A stretch of DNA of 64,000 nt from Rhynchobatus australiae (lineage: Eukaryota): contig JAUZTB010000048.1 of the NCBI GenBank assembly GCA_034780895.1, forward strand, positions 24,270,500-24,334,499, written 5' to 3'. Every line of letters begins with the position of its first letter. The stretch's first letter is position 1. The position numbers and the translations under genes were made by a program. The notes beneath the pieces were generated by a model, which ran no database searches, was not told the DNA's origin, and saw only the letters and a list, made by a program, of their open reading frames with translations. This document shows positions 13,016 to 26,413 of this stretch, piece after piece.

Positions 13016-13537
13016 GACTTGCGTTTCCTGTAATTGAAATTTTCTGGTAGTATATTGATATTTCATTTTACCTTTTTTGTTAAATTGCATTCTGGACTAA
13101 TTTGAAAATGAGAATATATGAAACTTATTGTCTCTCCTATAACATTAAACTGCTGTGATTTTTAACTTTCACACCGATAAAGCCACTTGCTACTAGACGT
13201 GTTATCTCACTTCTCTGACATCTGCAGTCACAAGTTATGGATGCACTCATGTGGGTTCTAGTTTGAAAGCCAATAGGCAATGAGTCAAATGATAGTAAAT
13301 TTTAGACATGGAAAATTTTAGAATACAGTATTGTAATGTAGGCCATTTATTTTAAATGAACAAACGATATGCATTTTGAATGGAGCTTAATTCCTTGCAA
13401 TGTTTGCCAGCATTGTATTCCATAACATGTCCCTCTATAGGATGTGTTCCTACGATCCTAGTCTGAATATCCTGTGAAGCCAGTGCCTCTGTGCTGCTGA
13501 GGTTCTACTGTGATTTGTAACTGAAGTTAATCATTTG

Positions 13538-13867
13538 AAGAATCGTAGCACAGAAATGGGCCCTTCAACCCACCAATTCTGTGCTGACCATCTAGCACCC
13601 ATTTACACCAATCCCATTTTATTATCCCCACATTCCCATCAACTCCCCTCTGATTCTACCACTCACCTACACACCAAGGACAATTTACAGTTGCCAATTA
13701 ACTTGTCAACCAGCGTATGTTCAGGATGTGGGAGGAAACCATGGTGCCCAGGCAACACCTCCATTATCACATAGGAAATGTACGAACTTCACCAACTGCA
13801 CTAGAGGTCAGAATTGAAAACCGGATCCTTCAAGCCATGAGGCAGCAGCTCTACTAACTGCACTGTA
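13538..13867 (-). mobile_element. HE1-like V-SINE, near full length
   Basis: Antisense tRNA head (gaggcagcagctctacta, ggtcagaattgaa), V domain (ggatgtgggaggaaacc) and CR1-derived tail (agcacagaaatgggcccttcaaccc). Confidence 0.85.
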
Positions 13868-14157
13868 TTTTAATGTCTGTTTTTGGTATGATATAAACAT
13901 ACAGCAATTTTCTAAACACTAATTTTCTTTGTCCTTGTTTCCTTTTTCTGAAGTTTAAAATTTCATCTAATAGCAAAAGAATCTACAAATTTTGAATAAT
14001 GTATTATCTCCCTTATTTTCTAGGTTTGGGTTTGAGAGATTTTTATACGTTTCATTCTTTTATGATTGACACTCCCACCTTTGCATGATTTTGTAAAACT
14101 TCTAACAAAAAGCTAAATGTAAATGCATTTACATTTAAACACCTAAATAAAAAATTC

Positions 14158-14260
14158 CAGTTCTGATAAAGGGTCTTCAACCTGAAACATTAACTGTTTC
14201 TCTTTCTACAGATGCTGCCTGACGTGCTTGGTGTTTTCAGCATTTTCTGTCTTAATTTAA
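14158..14260 (+). mobile_element. Penelope-like pLTR repeat with decayed hammerhead (14158-14196)
   Basis: CAGTT-CTGATAA-agggtcttcaacct-GAAAC-ATT-AACTG followed by tttctctttctacagatgctgcctgac...cagcattttctg. Confidence 0.8.
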
Positions 14261-14549
14261 AGCATCAAAGCTTTTTGTATTGAGTGAAAATGTGGCAGTG
14301 CATTTGTGAGTTTGACCTGCTGCTGGAAATATAACCAAGGTCTTCAAAATATGATATTTGTATTAACTGCTATCTTATTTGATATATTGAGCTTTGTATG
14401 AAACCTATCATGTTGATGAACAATTATTTTGGCCTTTTTCATTAAAAATTAGATAATCTCAGTGGCGACTCGTTGTAAGCTGCTCTCTGCATTATATTTA
14501 CTATAATCATTCTACTCATTTAACTTCTGTGTCACTAAGTATTACTAAT

Positions 14550-14703
14550 AATGTTATTTTATGACCTTGCACCTTATTGTTTTTACCCTGTACAACCTCA
14601 ATGCACTGTGTACCAACTGTACAAATTGATCTGTACGAATGGTATGCAAGACAAGTTTTTCCACTGTACCTGGGTACAAGTGACAATAATAAACCAATAC
14701 CAA
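14550..14703 (+). mobile_element. Rex1-like LINE 3' UTR fragment
   Basis: ccttgcaccttattg...tgcaagacaagtttttccactgtacc...gtgacaataataaaccaatacc is a reverse-complement match to 54245-54430. Confidence 0.75.
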
Positions 14704-15227
14704 AGGATTATTTTGCATATAACAACATTTTCTCTTTTTAATATTGTGTATAACTATAATTTTTTAATAAATGCACTTTCTTTTAAATTGGGAAAGGCAG
14801 CCTTGATGCAGAAGAAAGTGGGAGTTGGGCTTTGGACAGATCAATTTGTGCAGTCGATCCTTACTGGAAATTTAAAGTTGTGCCTACAACATCATAACAG
14901 ATCTACAGCTAGTAATACAGATGTGATTTGCTGCTGCCCTCCAGCTGACTGGCTGAGACCCTCAAACTATCTTGCGTTTTAAATGAATTAAAGAAAAAAA
15001 TCTTGATTAAATATTAACGTTGCAAATTTATTCTTCTCACTTCTTGCTCCCAGTGTCACCCCTTGTTTCTGTAATTGCATGCTCTTGTTTACTAAGGAAA
15101 TGTTAACCACAGTGGCTCCATGTTTGTGCCTCAGACTCTGCTGAACTTAGTTGAGAGGGAGAAAGAGAAAAAGGCTCTAATGGTTGTTACTTTTTGCTGG
15201 TGTGGGTGGATGATGGAGAAAAGAGCC

Positions 15228-15356
15228 CTGATGAAGTCTCTTGACCTGAAATGTCAACTGCTTATTTCCCTCCATAGATCTGCCTGACCCACTGAGTTCC
15301 TCCAGCATTTTGTGTGTATTGCTTCAGATTCCGGCATCTGCAGAATCTCTTGTCTT
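15228..15356 (+). mobile_element. Penelope-like pLTR repeat with hammerhead core (15228-15260)
   Basis: CTGATGA-agtctcttgacct-GAAAT-GTC-aactg...ccatagatctgcctgacccactgagttcctccagcattttgtgtgt...gcatctgcagaatctcttg. Confidence 0.8.
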
Positions 15357-18300
15357 GGTCAGAGATCCCTTTTTCTTGATCTCTACATTCATTGACCCAT
15401 CAGCTATGCCACTCAAGCTTAAAATAGATTATCAGCAAGCACTTGTATAACGAATGATCATTTGAAAGTTAATAGGGTTGTTCACAATCATGGAATTTTT
15501 CGCGAATGTCAGTCAATGATATTTGGCAACTGAGTGCAAGAAACAAAGATAGAAACTATGATGTTTGGGTGGGGAAAGAGGGAATGGTTGGCTTGTGGTG
15601 GAGGAGTAGTGTGCATTGTAGAATAGTTTGAATTGTAGTGATGGTATCTTTACTTCCAATCTTTTGATGCTGTTTTGGGAGGGATACACTTTTTTTTCTA
15701 AATGTAATGTTGAACAAGTAGTTAAAAAAGTGTGCAGGCTTGAAAATATGATCTTATGAAGGTTTGCAATGAGAGATTGGGCCTTTGGTCAGTATGGAAA
15801 TCAACTGGTGACCAGATGGAAGGAAATGGTGTAGCTTGCCTCAAAACTTGCGCTGATCTATGTAAACCAGCGGTAGTAAGTAATATTTTATCTGGTGTGT
15901 TGGTAATTGGTGCAAATTGATGAACAAAACATCTTTGTATAAAGAAACTCAAATGAGTTCTAAATAATGCAGATTATTTAGTGTTACAAGTTGTGTGCCT
16001 GATCTGCAGAATGTGGAAGTTGGTGGAGGGGGGAAACCACTGTGTTAACAACCATTTATAGTAGCTTACGGCATAGAAACAGACACTTCGGCACTTCAAG
16101 TCCATGCCGACCATCTAGCATCCAGTTAAACTTGGGTTTTTGCTGACATAAGTATTAAATCTCATGGGGAACTGGGTCAGGCTATTTGGAGTTGTCACAG
16201 ATTACCCTTGAAATTATTCATTGATACAACATGATTAAAATGCTAATTGGCTTATTTTCATTCCAGTGGAATTTAACATGTGGTATAATTGTGTATTTCA
16301 ATTGATCCTAAAAACTTAACTTGAAAATTTGTAATTGGTTAACTTTATTGCGCAGAAAAATGGATTTTATTTTTTATGGCCTGCCAGCTGATCTACCACC
16401 CACTTCAGTTGGGTAATGGAATACTTGGAGAAGAGACTAATTGTATTTCTGGAAAGGAATAAACAGCCACATTTTTCCCCTTCAAGGTACCGGTAGATGA
16501 TTTTAGTTCCACATCTCCAGTCCATTACTTGCTCTCCAGTAGAATGATGTGAACATCAGTCAAGAACTGACCAGTCTTATTTTAAATAGGTTTAATTACC
16601 AGCATGTTCAATGTTTCTATTTAATGCCTGATTATTTGGGGGGGGGGGGGGAGGGGGGGGNNNNNNAGAGAGAGAGAGAGGAGGAAGGAGAAAACTTGCA
16701 CAAAATAAAGAATCTTGTATCCTTGTGGAGCATGGATATAATTTTCCTTATTCCATTCACTTTCATTTCTCCTATAATCTTGTTGCTCCAAACGTAATAT
16801 CATCCAGGTGTATAGTTCCCGAGACACTGGCAGCTTTCCCAGTGTCTTGCAAAAGTGACTTTTTTATTTAATATTGGACAGTGAGTGCTAGAAGATGTTC
16901 ATTATATGAACCTTTCATAATAGAGCACATTTTGTATTCACCTAGCATTCATAACTTTCCAATGGGAATAAAAATGAAACTATATTCGTAATGCTTCATA
17001 TGTAAAGAATTATTCTGAAATACTACTTGCTCTTGGGCAGATGTGATGCGTATTAGTACGCTGTGTTCTTTTAAATTATTTTATTGTCATAATAGTATTA
17101 ATATTTTGAAAGACTGAACCCTCCTGGCCAGTATGCACTACTATACCATAATTTGTAATTAGGATTTGGAGTAGGCCTTCTGCTAAATACCAGCAACTAA
17201 GCCAAATTCAATAGAGTTATAACTGAGGCAAGTTTAATTTTTCTTCCCCAATACCTTTTGCTGCTAAGACTAGTTGAAGCCTTACCTTAAGTAACTCCTA
17301 AATGATCTTTTAAAAAAAAGTTTTGAGAAGCTCTACGCAATTCTCTATACTGCATTTATTTCATGGGCTGTGTGGAAGATTCCTCAATAGATGTTTTTAT
17401 GCAAGTAAGATCCATCAAATAGTTGGGGATTTATATGGGGTATTTCAGAAATGCATGCTGTTGTTGTTTTAATAAGTGCCCAGGTCTTTTGGCTGCTGCT
17501 GGCTTCCAAAAGAAGAGCCACTCATTATCTAGCTAATCTAACTTTGCATTGTGCACTCCCTTAAATTTTATTTGCTTTGCATCAAAAGTAGAAATCTTGT
17601 GGGCAATCTGAAGAGTTTTTTGAACCAAAAATGGACATTTCAATGGCCTATCTGTAAATGGGTATGGTGATAGCCTTGTCCAAATAACCTGCAGCCATTT
17701 TCTTTTATCAGACTAAGATAGGAAGTTTCTTTGAAGGACTTTTAGTGGTGAAATCTGGTACTTTCATGATTAGCATTCTGGTGCTCACTTTTATTCCAGA
17801 TTTAATTAATTCAACTTAACTTTCCCAGCTGCCTCAGCATTTGACTTCCTGCCTTTAAAATCCTTTGTCCCAGCTTCTGCATATTAGTTAAGACACTTAA
17901 CTCCTGTGCTGCTATCATCTGAAGAATGTGCAAGATCAGCCTGCTGCATAGCTCCACCTGCTGTCACAGCACTCGAGCACTTTGCCCTCCAGGTTACTGG
18001 GATTGCTGAGGCAGTGCCTCCCATGAAGTGGTAATAGACCTGTAGAGTTAGTCCATTCCCTCAAGGAATGCCATACTAATGATCTCACCATTATCGTCCT
18101 GCTTGTGTCCTTTATTTCCTTTTCAGTCAGCTGGTCACCTGTGCTAAGATGCTGCAGTCTGATGGACTTTAAGACCCAGAAAAGCTTGACAGTACCTTGT
18201 GTGGCTGTCTGCAGTTCTTCCACCAATAATCAGCAGTCTTCCACCAGCCACTAGACAGTCAGAGGCCCCTTACAATGAGTGCTAAAGTAATGCACAACAT

Positions 18301-19008
18301 AATTCCTTGATATCTCCATCCAAAATGGCACAGTTGGTTTCTAAGTTTGTTTTGGAATATTTTTGTATTTGTGTATAATTTTGGATTGTGGCCAAGCTGA
18401 TGGCATTATGGTCAGTGACAGAGGGAAGATAAGGAATGGAACTATTAGCAAATTGGGAACAGAAGTTGTTCATTGATACTGTGGTATTTGCTACCAATAT
18501 AGTCTAATGAGTTGCTCATAGATGGCATCTTCCTGCTTCCCAGCTCCTTGTCAATTACTGTGGCAGGAAATGTGCCCTTGTGATGGTGAGGTTATGTACT
18601 ATGTGGCAGGCCACCTCTTGACTGACACCTGTTCAGCCAAATTCTTCAGGGCACCTCCAAAACAGTGTAATCATTGTTTCTGTGTGCTAATGGTAGGCTC
18701 TTCATTGTCTTGCATGGCATCTTTGTAAGCATGCTGTTTGTGTGTGTGTGTATGTGAGTTATACATGGGAGTCATGAGTCAGTGAATACCCCTTGCCTCA
18801 TAGTTTCATTTGTCTTGATGCCTCAAATTGCAGGGCATGCATTGGACTGGAGCAGATTCTTAATTACCATGATACTAGGCATTGACCTATGTTATATGAT
18901 GATATTAGTCACGTGCCAGTGGGATGTTAAGAGAGCGCAATCTATTTTGCTCTCAGACCTGATGTGATGCTTGGAGAGCAACAAGATACAAGTTAATGGT
19001 TTTAGAAC

Positions 19009-19335
19009 AGCACAGAGGCAAGGCTAGTGGAGCTGCTGCCTCTCAGTTCCAGTGATCCAGGTTCATTCCTGACCTTGAATGCCATCTGGGTGGAGTTTAC
19101 ATGTTCTCCCTGTGACTGCATGGGTTTCTCCCAGGTTCTTCAGTTTCCTCCTACATCCCAAAGATATGCAGATTGGTAGGTAAATTGGCCACAATAACTT
19201 CCCCTGAGTATGTAGGAGAGTAGTGGTAGCTGGAGGGAATGTGGAAGGATAAAATACGATTCACGTAAATGTGTGCTTGATGGTTGGTGTGGACTCCTTG
19301 GGCTGAAAATCCTGTTTCTGTACAGTATGACTCAG
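19009..19335 (+). mobile_element. HE1-like V-SINE, near full length
   Basis: Head gctagtggagctgctgcctctcag...ccaggttcattcctgacc, V domain tggagtttacatgttctccctgtgactgcatgggtttctcc...cccaaagatatgcag, and tail gggctgaaaatcctgtttctgtacagtatgactc. Confidence 0.9.
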
Positions 19336-20149
19336 TGGCTCTCTACACAAAGAAGCCCACAATCCTCAAAGACCATTGTTGTCTCCACCTGCTGCTCTCT
19401 AGCAAGAGAGAATGAAATGTAATCTGATCATCCAAGTCATATGTTAGCTATTTCTTCTCATAAATGATAGAATGCTGTGCAATGCTGGAAAATTTTCCAG
19501 CTCTGACCTGGAAGGAATCTGATACAATAAGGTAATGGTCTCTGTTCGATAGGGTAAGGACCATAATGCCAGTAATAGAGATTGTACTTGTGAATGGAAC
19601 AGATTTTGGTGAAGATGCTCCCACTGAACTACTGATGCCTTTTTGGACACTTCTGCACTGAGATTTAGCTAGAATAAATGCTTCTTGAACACCCTGGCAG
19701 GTTAGGTCTCATGGTGAGAGTGCCACTTTAAGCCACTACCCCTCTCCTTCCCCCCCCCCCCACCCCATCCTTGTGAATGGCCCCTGCTCATTCTTCAATC
19801 ATGATGTATATGAAGAACAGTACCTACTGATGCACCCATACCAGGGGAGCATTTCTTTTAAACAGGTACCCTGAAGTAAGGATAGTTCTTCATCACCTGT
19901 CAGACTGCACCCTTTAGACATTTAAAGTAGTACAAAAGGCACCANNNNNNNNNNNNNNNNNNNNNNNNNNNNNNNNNNNNNNNNNNNNNNNNNNNNNNNN
20001 NNNNNNNNNNNNNNNNNNNNNNNNNNNNNNNNNNNNNNNNNNNNTGCGCAATCATAGTGGTTTCCAATGGATATCGATCAGCAATTAACTTGAAAGTAAT
20101 TGATCCCTTTTAATTAGTGCTGGGGTGATCTATAATATAATTTCAAACA

Positions 20150-20805
20150 AAATCCCAATCTTGTTGTCACAATTGACTCCCAGCTAAGTTTCCAATCTTC
20201 TAATGATCACTATTTCAACCTATATGACACTGTGCAACTCTAGCTTCAGTCTTGCCTTTTTATTTATTTATTCCCAAAACTCTTAAGCTGTTACCTTTTA
20301 TAGACTTGTCTTTTTCCCTACACTTGTAATCTTGAGGTTGTCCATCTCCTAACTTGTACCACATCCCATATACTTTTCACCCCATGTGCTTAATGACCTG
20401 TGCTGGCTCTTGGTTAAACACCAAGATTTTAAAATTCTTATTCTTGTTTTGAAATCTCTTCTTGCTCTTGCCCATTGCTTTCTTTTCTCTAGTCCCATAA
20501 CACAGAGATTTGTCTTCTGAAATTGGCCTTTTGAACATCCCTGAATTTAATGGCTGTACCACTGGCAGCCGCAACTTCAGTTAACAAGGCCACAAGCTCC
20601 AGTTTCCCTCTTGAGCCACTCTAACTCTCTCTCCTTTTTCAGGCACCCTTTAAGACCTCTTTCATTGATCATTAAACAAGCCTTGGCCATCTATATTAAC
20701 ATCTAGTGTAACCTGGTATCAATTTTTGTTTTACGATGCCCATTTGAAGTGCTTTGGATTTTGTATTCGCTCTGGTAAAGGTGCTGTATAAACGGAAGTG
20801 TTGAT
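20150..20805 (+). mobile_element. L2 LINE 3' fragment
   Basis: HITP.L..LHWL...DFKILILV.KSL-like stretch (gacctgtgctggctc...gattttaaaattcttattcttg), G.R.FS..GPKL-like stretch, and tail gtgctttgg...taaaggtgctgtataaa. Confidence 0.8.
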
Positions 20806-23800
20806 GGAGACTGGTGTCAAATCAGCATTACACACTAGTGTTGCAATCTACCTATTATGATTAGCTGCAAGCTTGCTAAAGTCTTCACCCACGCTGTATC
20901 TATTGTAAAGCTGCTACAAGTATGTGTGCATGCATTTGATTCTCGGCTAAACAGTTTTTCATTAATTGCAAGTTATGATGAGCACAGACCATGTTTTTTT
21001 TTATGGCATAGGAGGAGCCTCTGCTGACTTGCAGAGCAATCCTATTTCCTCACTAGTTTTCCTTGTGACTTATCCTCCCCACCATTCCTTATTACAATCA
21101 TTGCTTTTCTCATCCCCATTTAAATTGTGGTTACCAATGTACAAGAGAAATATTCAAGCAGCAATGCAGCTTCAGGAGGGGGGAGTAAGCATCTAAGGCC
21201 GATCCCCAGCAAATAAGTTGAGCACTTTCAAAAGACACAGAAACCCAGGCTCTATGGTATTAATAGAATGTCACAGAGAAGTGATCATATGAGATGCAAC
21301 GACAGTAAAGGAAATTCAAAGAAGGCCATGATAATGTGGTTTCTCAAGACTGAGAGCAACATTTGTAGAAAGAACTGAATTTCTTTGATCTTGCTGTTTT
21401 TTGGGGGGCTTGTCCCTAAATGGAGGCTACTTAGTATATTTTGGTAAACTAATAAAACCCATGCCACTTTCTAAACAGAAAGAGACAAGGTTCTTTGGCC
21501 CGATTCAATGTCCACCTCTCACTAATTTGGCATCATTATTTGAATGAACTGATTTGTTTGGTTACCTGAAAATTGTCTACACTTCAGCTGTTTTTGCAGT
21601 TCAAAAGGGATCTTAAACACTTGTTGCATCCTCAAAATGGTTCTATTTAAACTAATCTGGTCTGACTACAAGTATGTGTTTTACCCCACATATGAGTGCC
21701 AGCTGCAGTTGATGTTATTTCAAGATTTCAGCCTTGCCATAAAAAATTATTAAAATGAAAGGGAAGGTACAGTTTTCTACCTTTTCCCATGCATTTCTTT
21801 GTGGCAGATTCCAGATGTGTGTACATCTTTCATGTTATCAAGTTATTTGAAATGGTGTAGTGGCACTGGAAGAACAAGTGGAGAATGTGATGATCCTAGA
21901 AGGTAAAATTCATCTCCATCTGTTGCTGTACCTAATAAATATTTGTGGAGCTTGGCCAAATATAAGGTGTAACGTTTCATTACCAAAACAATTGTTTGGA
22001 TTTTTAAAAAAAAATTGCTGTAAGATCTGGTGACAAGGAGGTATTGAATTCTGCAAAACTTATTTTTTAAGAAACTGCATCACAGGTATTTCCCTTGTTG
22101 TCTGGTTCAGTATAGCAAGTGCTCCACCATCAGGGAGGTTCGAAGAGAAGTGCTGCCTACAAGTTGGCCAAGTATGCAGCAGACAAAAACAATGACCAAA
22201 TAAAATAATGGATGAAAAGAACCAAATTGAGTCACTGAACTAGATTTCAGAGAAGAGAAGAATGTAAATGTTTATAGTGTTGCCAGAAAGCCTGCACAGG
22301 AATATTTGCAGAATTGTAAAGATTTAAATCTATTTTGTATCAACCCTGACAATCACTGTTTAATTATACTGTAACTGGAAAAACAGCTGGGGCACTTAAA
22401 CCGCATAAATATAATTAAATATTAACAAAGTATATTCTATTTACTGATTTGTAGAAATATCTGCAAAATGATGCATATTTGTTATGGTTTATAATTTGCA
22501 TTTTTCCCTACATTATCACGTTTGTGCAAACAATTTTGAAGTATAAATGATGGTAATCTACTTAGAATAGTTATGTATTAGCATTTGCAAAATAGTTTTG
22601 GATGATGAAAGCTTTTTTAGCTGATAAGATCTAATCTTTCTGGTTTACTGACCCTGCTATTTCCTATTAGAGTATATATTTCTGGCCTTGATTAGCCTTT
22701 CTGACAACATTTTCTTAAACAGTCTGTGTAAAAAAAAAAGGATGGATGCTTCCTATTAAGTGTTCAGCATACATTAGGTGTGGCTTAACAGGAACACTCA
22801 ATAACTACTGGGTGATTTTGGAAATCTGTACTTAACTAATTTTGTAAATGTACTCCATTGAGAAAAAGGAGATCCATTTTGGTTACCTCATCCTGACGTT
22901 CCTTGTATGTCCCCCTCCTTGTTAAATATTGAATGAATGGAAGATTTTTCTTTCAAATTGCTAGAAGTGCCCTATTTTCTGTTCTTTCTCTATAATACTT
23001 TCTTTCACACTAAGTCCAGTGGATCTTTGCACTCCCCATGACTAAAATGTTTTTATTTCCCTTGTGTCTTGTTTTGTAACTAAAATTTAACTCTAGATGA
23101 GATCTGCCCTTTTTTTGCTGGATCTTTTTTGACCTGGTCTGGGCTCAGCCAGCAATGTGTTAATTAACTTGGCTATTAAAGATCACCAGTTTGGAGTATT
23201 TTATTGGAGCTTGTTGAGCCCTAATTGGGGGGGGGGAGGGAGAGGAAGGAAGCCAGTCTCATGGTTAAAAATCAGTTCAGTCGTGGTGTTGCTTAACATG
23301 TACAAGCACAGACTTGATCATCTGTTGAAGCACACCCTTTTAGACCTTCTCACCATGCACAGTACTGACACAGAGGTACCTGCTGCACTGTGCGTTGTAT
23401 TTGGGCACATTGCATTTTCCTGATTATGTTCCCTCCCTCAGCTGTATTGTTGTCCAGAGGCAATGGCAATAATGTAATGACTAGGTATTAACAGAAACCC
23501 TTTGTTGTATTAAGGAACTTGTACCCCTGTCATTTAAATTAAGCCACTTCTGAGCTTCGTGCAGTGGAGGACTCTCAAACCTGTTGTGTGGGAGCTCTTC
23601 AAAATTATCAGTGGAAACCATGAGCACGTTTACAAGATGGTCAAAGCATTAGTGTAGGAAAATTCCCATGAAACTTTGGGATTCTCCTTGGAATATACTG
23701 TGATCATTAGCCATCTCCATTAGATTCCATGCAGATAGATATATTGTGCCTTTGCAAGAAGTAACAGGTTTGCAATTTCTCATGTTTTCATATTTTCTTA

Positions 23801-23864
23801 ATCTTTAGGGAGGCTATTTGAATAGTTCCATTTCCCTGTAACCTAGTTTCTTGCATGACTATCA

Positions 23865-23970
23865 TCTCCACCCTAATTCTCCAACGACCCACCTAACTAC
23901 ACCAGAGATAATTGGCAACTGCAAATTAACCAACCAATTAGTACATCTCTGGGGGACGTGAGAGGAGAGA
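23865..23970 (-). mobile_element. HE1-like V-SINE fragment
   Basis: cacctaactacaccagagataatt...aattaaccaacc...acatctctgggggacgtgagagg is homologous to 13660-13735. Confidence 0.55.
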
Positions 23971-26227
23971 ACCTCCTTGACTGTACCCTTCCTATTTCTA
24001 TCCCTCCTTCCTTTCTCTTCCCCCCCCCTCCCCCAACTGCTGTATATATTTATCAAGTAATGGAAACCCTAGTGCTAATTTCTGTTCACTTCACATTTTT
24101 GTGTGGTGGGGGGGGGGTGCAGTGAGAGTATTCAGTTGAAATAATACCATTTGGCCTTGCTTGTAAAGCTTGCTCTGCATGTTTTTATTGCTTTTTGGCT
24201 GAGGCATGCTTTTGCACAGCTGCTTTGGCAACATGAGTTGGAGTTCCTCAAGTACATTATTGGTACTCCAGCAAATACTAACATGGCCCTTGCATCATGT
24301 GGAAGGATTTTATTAATGAAAGTATCCAATTTTCTGGTAGGATCTTGATCAGTTTACAATGCTAAGCATCCTTCACATAAAATAGTCTCTCAACCTTAAC
24401 ATATTACAATACAATCCACAGAGATTAGCTTTTTCAGAATTTTTGAAAGCAGACTTTACTGTTCTCAATAGTCAGTCACTCATGAGCATTTTCATTGAGG
24501 GTTAATCTTTTAAACTAGTTAATTCAAAATTCACCTTGACGTGCAGTTGATTTGATTTGAAGTGTCTTGCAGTACAGAGCTCTGCCCTCTTGGAAATATT
24601 ATCAGAGATATGATTTAAAAAAAATGCATATTTGCAGTGGGTTTTTGTATACAAAGCCATGCATAAATTGAACAGAAATGCACAAGAAAATCCTATGATC
24701 TTTTCACTCTTGTTTTAATTTGTTCCACTGTTATCTTGCCTTCAAGTTGGCAGATAGCACTGTAAATTTAAATATCCTGACCATATCTGGCTCCTGTCCA
24801 TTGTCATGCATGGGCATCACATCTGTTTGTTGCCTTCCTAAGTAGTTTCAGCTCAATGCATTGTACTTGAGTTTCAGGATATTATTGCTCCCATGGTGCA
24901 AAACATCAATCAACCTTCTAAGCCACTAGAATTGTTTTCTTTTGCCCCATATCAGCAGTTTCAGGGAGTGAAATAGTACTGGAGAATGTTTTGTTTTAAA
25001 TCTAGGTGTGTAAAATGTTTTGAACTCAAATCTAATCCTTGTTCTCACTCTCTCTCCAACTGTTTTTTGAATTTTCTGTCTGTGCCTCTTTCTCTCTTCT
25101 CAACCTTGCACATTCTCTTGTTTTGCTGCTTAATGTGCTTGACTATCTGTTTTGTAAATGTATAAATGTGCCAGGTAAAAATGTGTTTGCATGAAAAAAA
25201 ATTTAGAACATTTGCAGTTTGGTATTCCTTTTTTTCGTCTTTCTGTTCAGACACTGATTTTGAGCACTTTGGTATTCTGTGGTTGTTTTATTTTACTTGA
25301 ATACCAATGGTGCTTTTAACTACAGCATATACAGCATGTTTTCTCTTAAATAGAGAAAATACATTTTTGCCGTGTCACAACATTTGAAAAAGCATAAATC
25401 TTCGGTATACAGTAGACAGATTTAAATTTAGACCACAATAGCCTCTTGAAACAATGGATTGCAAATCTCTAAAATGCAATTTTATTGGTGCTAGCACACT
25501 GTGAACTTGTAAATTATGCTGATAATTGTGATCTGTTATTGCTGGCTTTCCACTCGCAGTGGAATGGTGCAATAAGTCACACATTCTGTCATTCAGCATT
25601 TCTTAATGCTGGTTGCTGAATAATAGGATTATCTAAGCATCCAGAAAAGTAGTGAACAGCACTGTAATTTTAGGTGAATAAAGGGACGTCCTATCTAAAT
25701 CAAAACTAATGATTCTTGAATGAAAGTAGGCTTTGGATTTCTGAAGCTGTTGTGCCAAATGCCATCCTTTGAGAAGTGCTTCAAGGTATACATAGTAGCA
25801 TTGGGAAGCCTACTAACAATACTCAATGAACCTAACTGGAAAATTTGCTGGAATCTGTGAAGGGATGAGGTTATAATGTTTGAGAATAATCTGCCAGAGG
25901 GGAAAACTTGGGCCTTGTTACTTTACTGCCAAGATTACTTACTGACTGATAGATTAATTTTGTCCTTGAGGTAACTCCACATTACTGCAAAGTAGTTTTA
26001 AGAATATTAGCTACGGTAAATGTCCACAGGATTTCATGTGGGGAAAAATAGCTCCAACAAATTAAACTTTTTTTTCAAATGGGTTTCAGTAGGTGGATTC
26101 GGTGGAGAACAATCTTTGACCTTCTGTGTCTTGTCGAATGTCAGTTTGATTAAAGTCTGGTATTAAGTTGTATGTCCAGTATGTGTTTTGTTTAATGTAG
26201 TGAAAGAAAAGTACTGTCCTTGCTCAA

Positions 26228-26413
26228 GGACCTCAAGAAAATGCTTTAGAACCAAAGTAGTACTTCTGAATTACATTTACTGCTGCAGTATGGGGGGAGA
26301 AATGGAAGTCAGTTTGTGCATGGCAAGCACCTACAGACAGCAATATTTGAATGACTGAATGCTCTAAGTTTGGTGTTGACTTGAGAGGGAAATATTGAAC
26401 AGGGCACCAAGGG
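26228..26413 (-). mobile_element. DeuSINE 3' part, cut by an assembly gap
   Basis: Antisense Deu-domain features: gtttgtgcatggcaagcacctacagacagcaat...gttgacttgagagggaaatattgaacagggcacc. Confidence 0.7.

Noticed and set aside
16638-16690. Poly-G and GA runs as G-quadruplex elements (also poly-C/G at 30792, 32925, 50497)
   Set aside because: Simple homopolymers, often abutting N gaps, so their lengths are unreliable and there is no evidence of function.
19009-19080. tRNA-like A/B boxes as a tRNA gene (also 13800-13867, 49632-49660, 51890-51930)
   Set aside because: These are SINE heads followed by V or Deu domains, with no complete cloverleaf.
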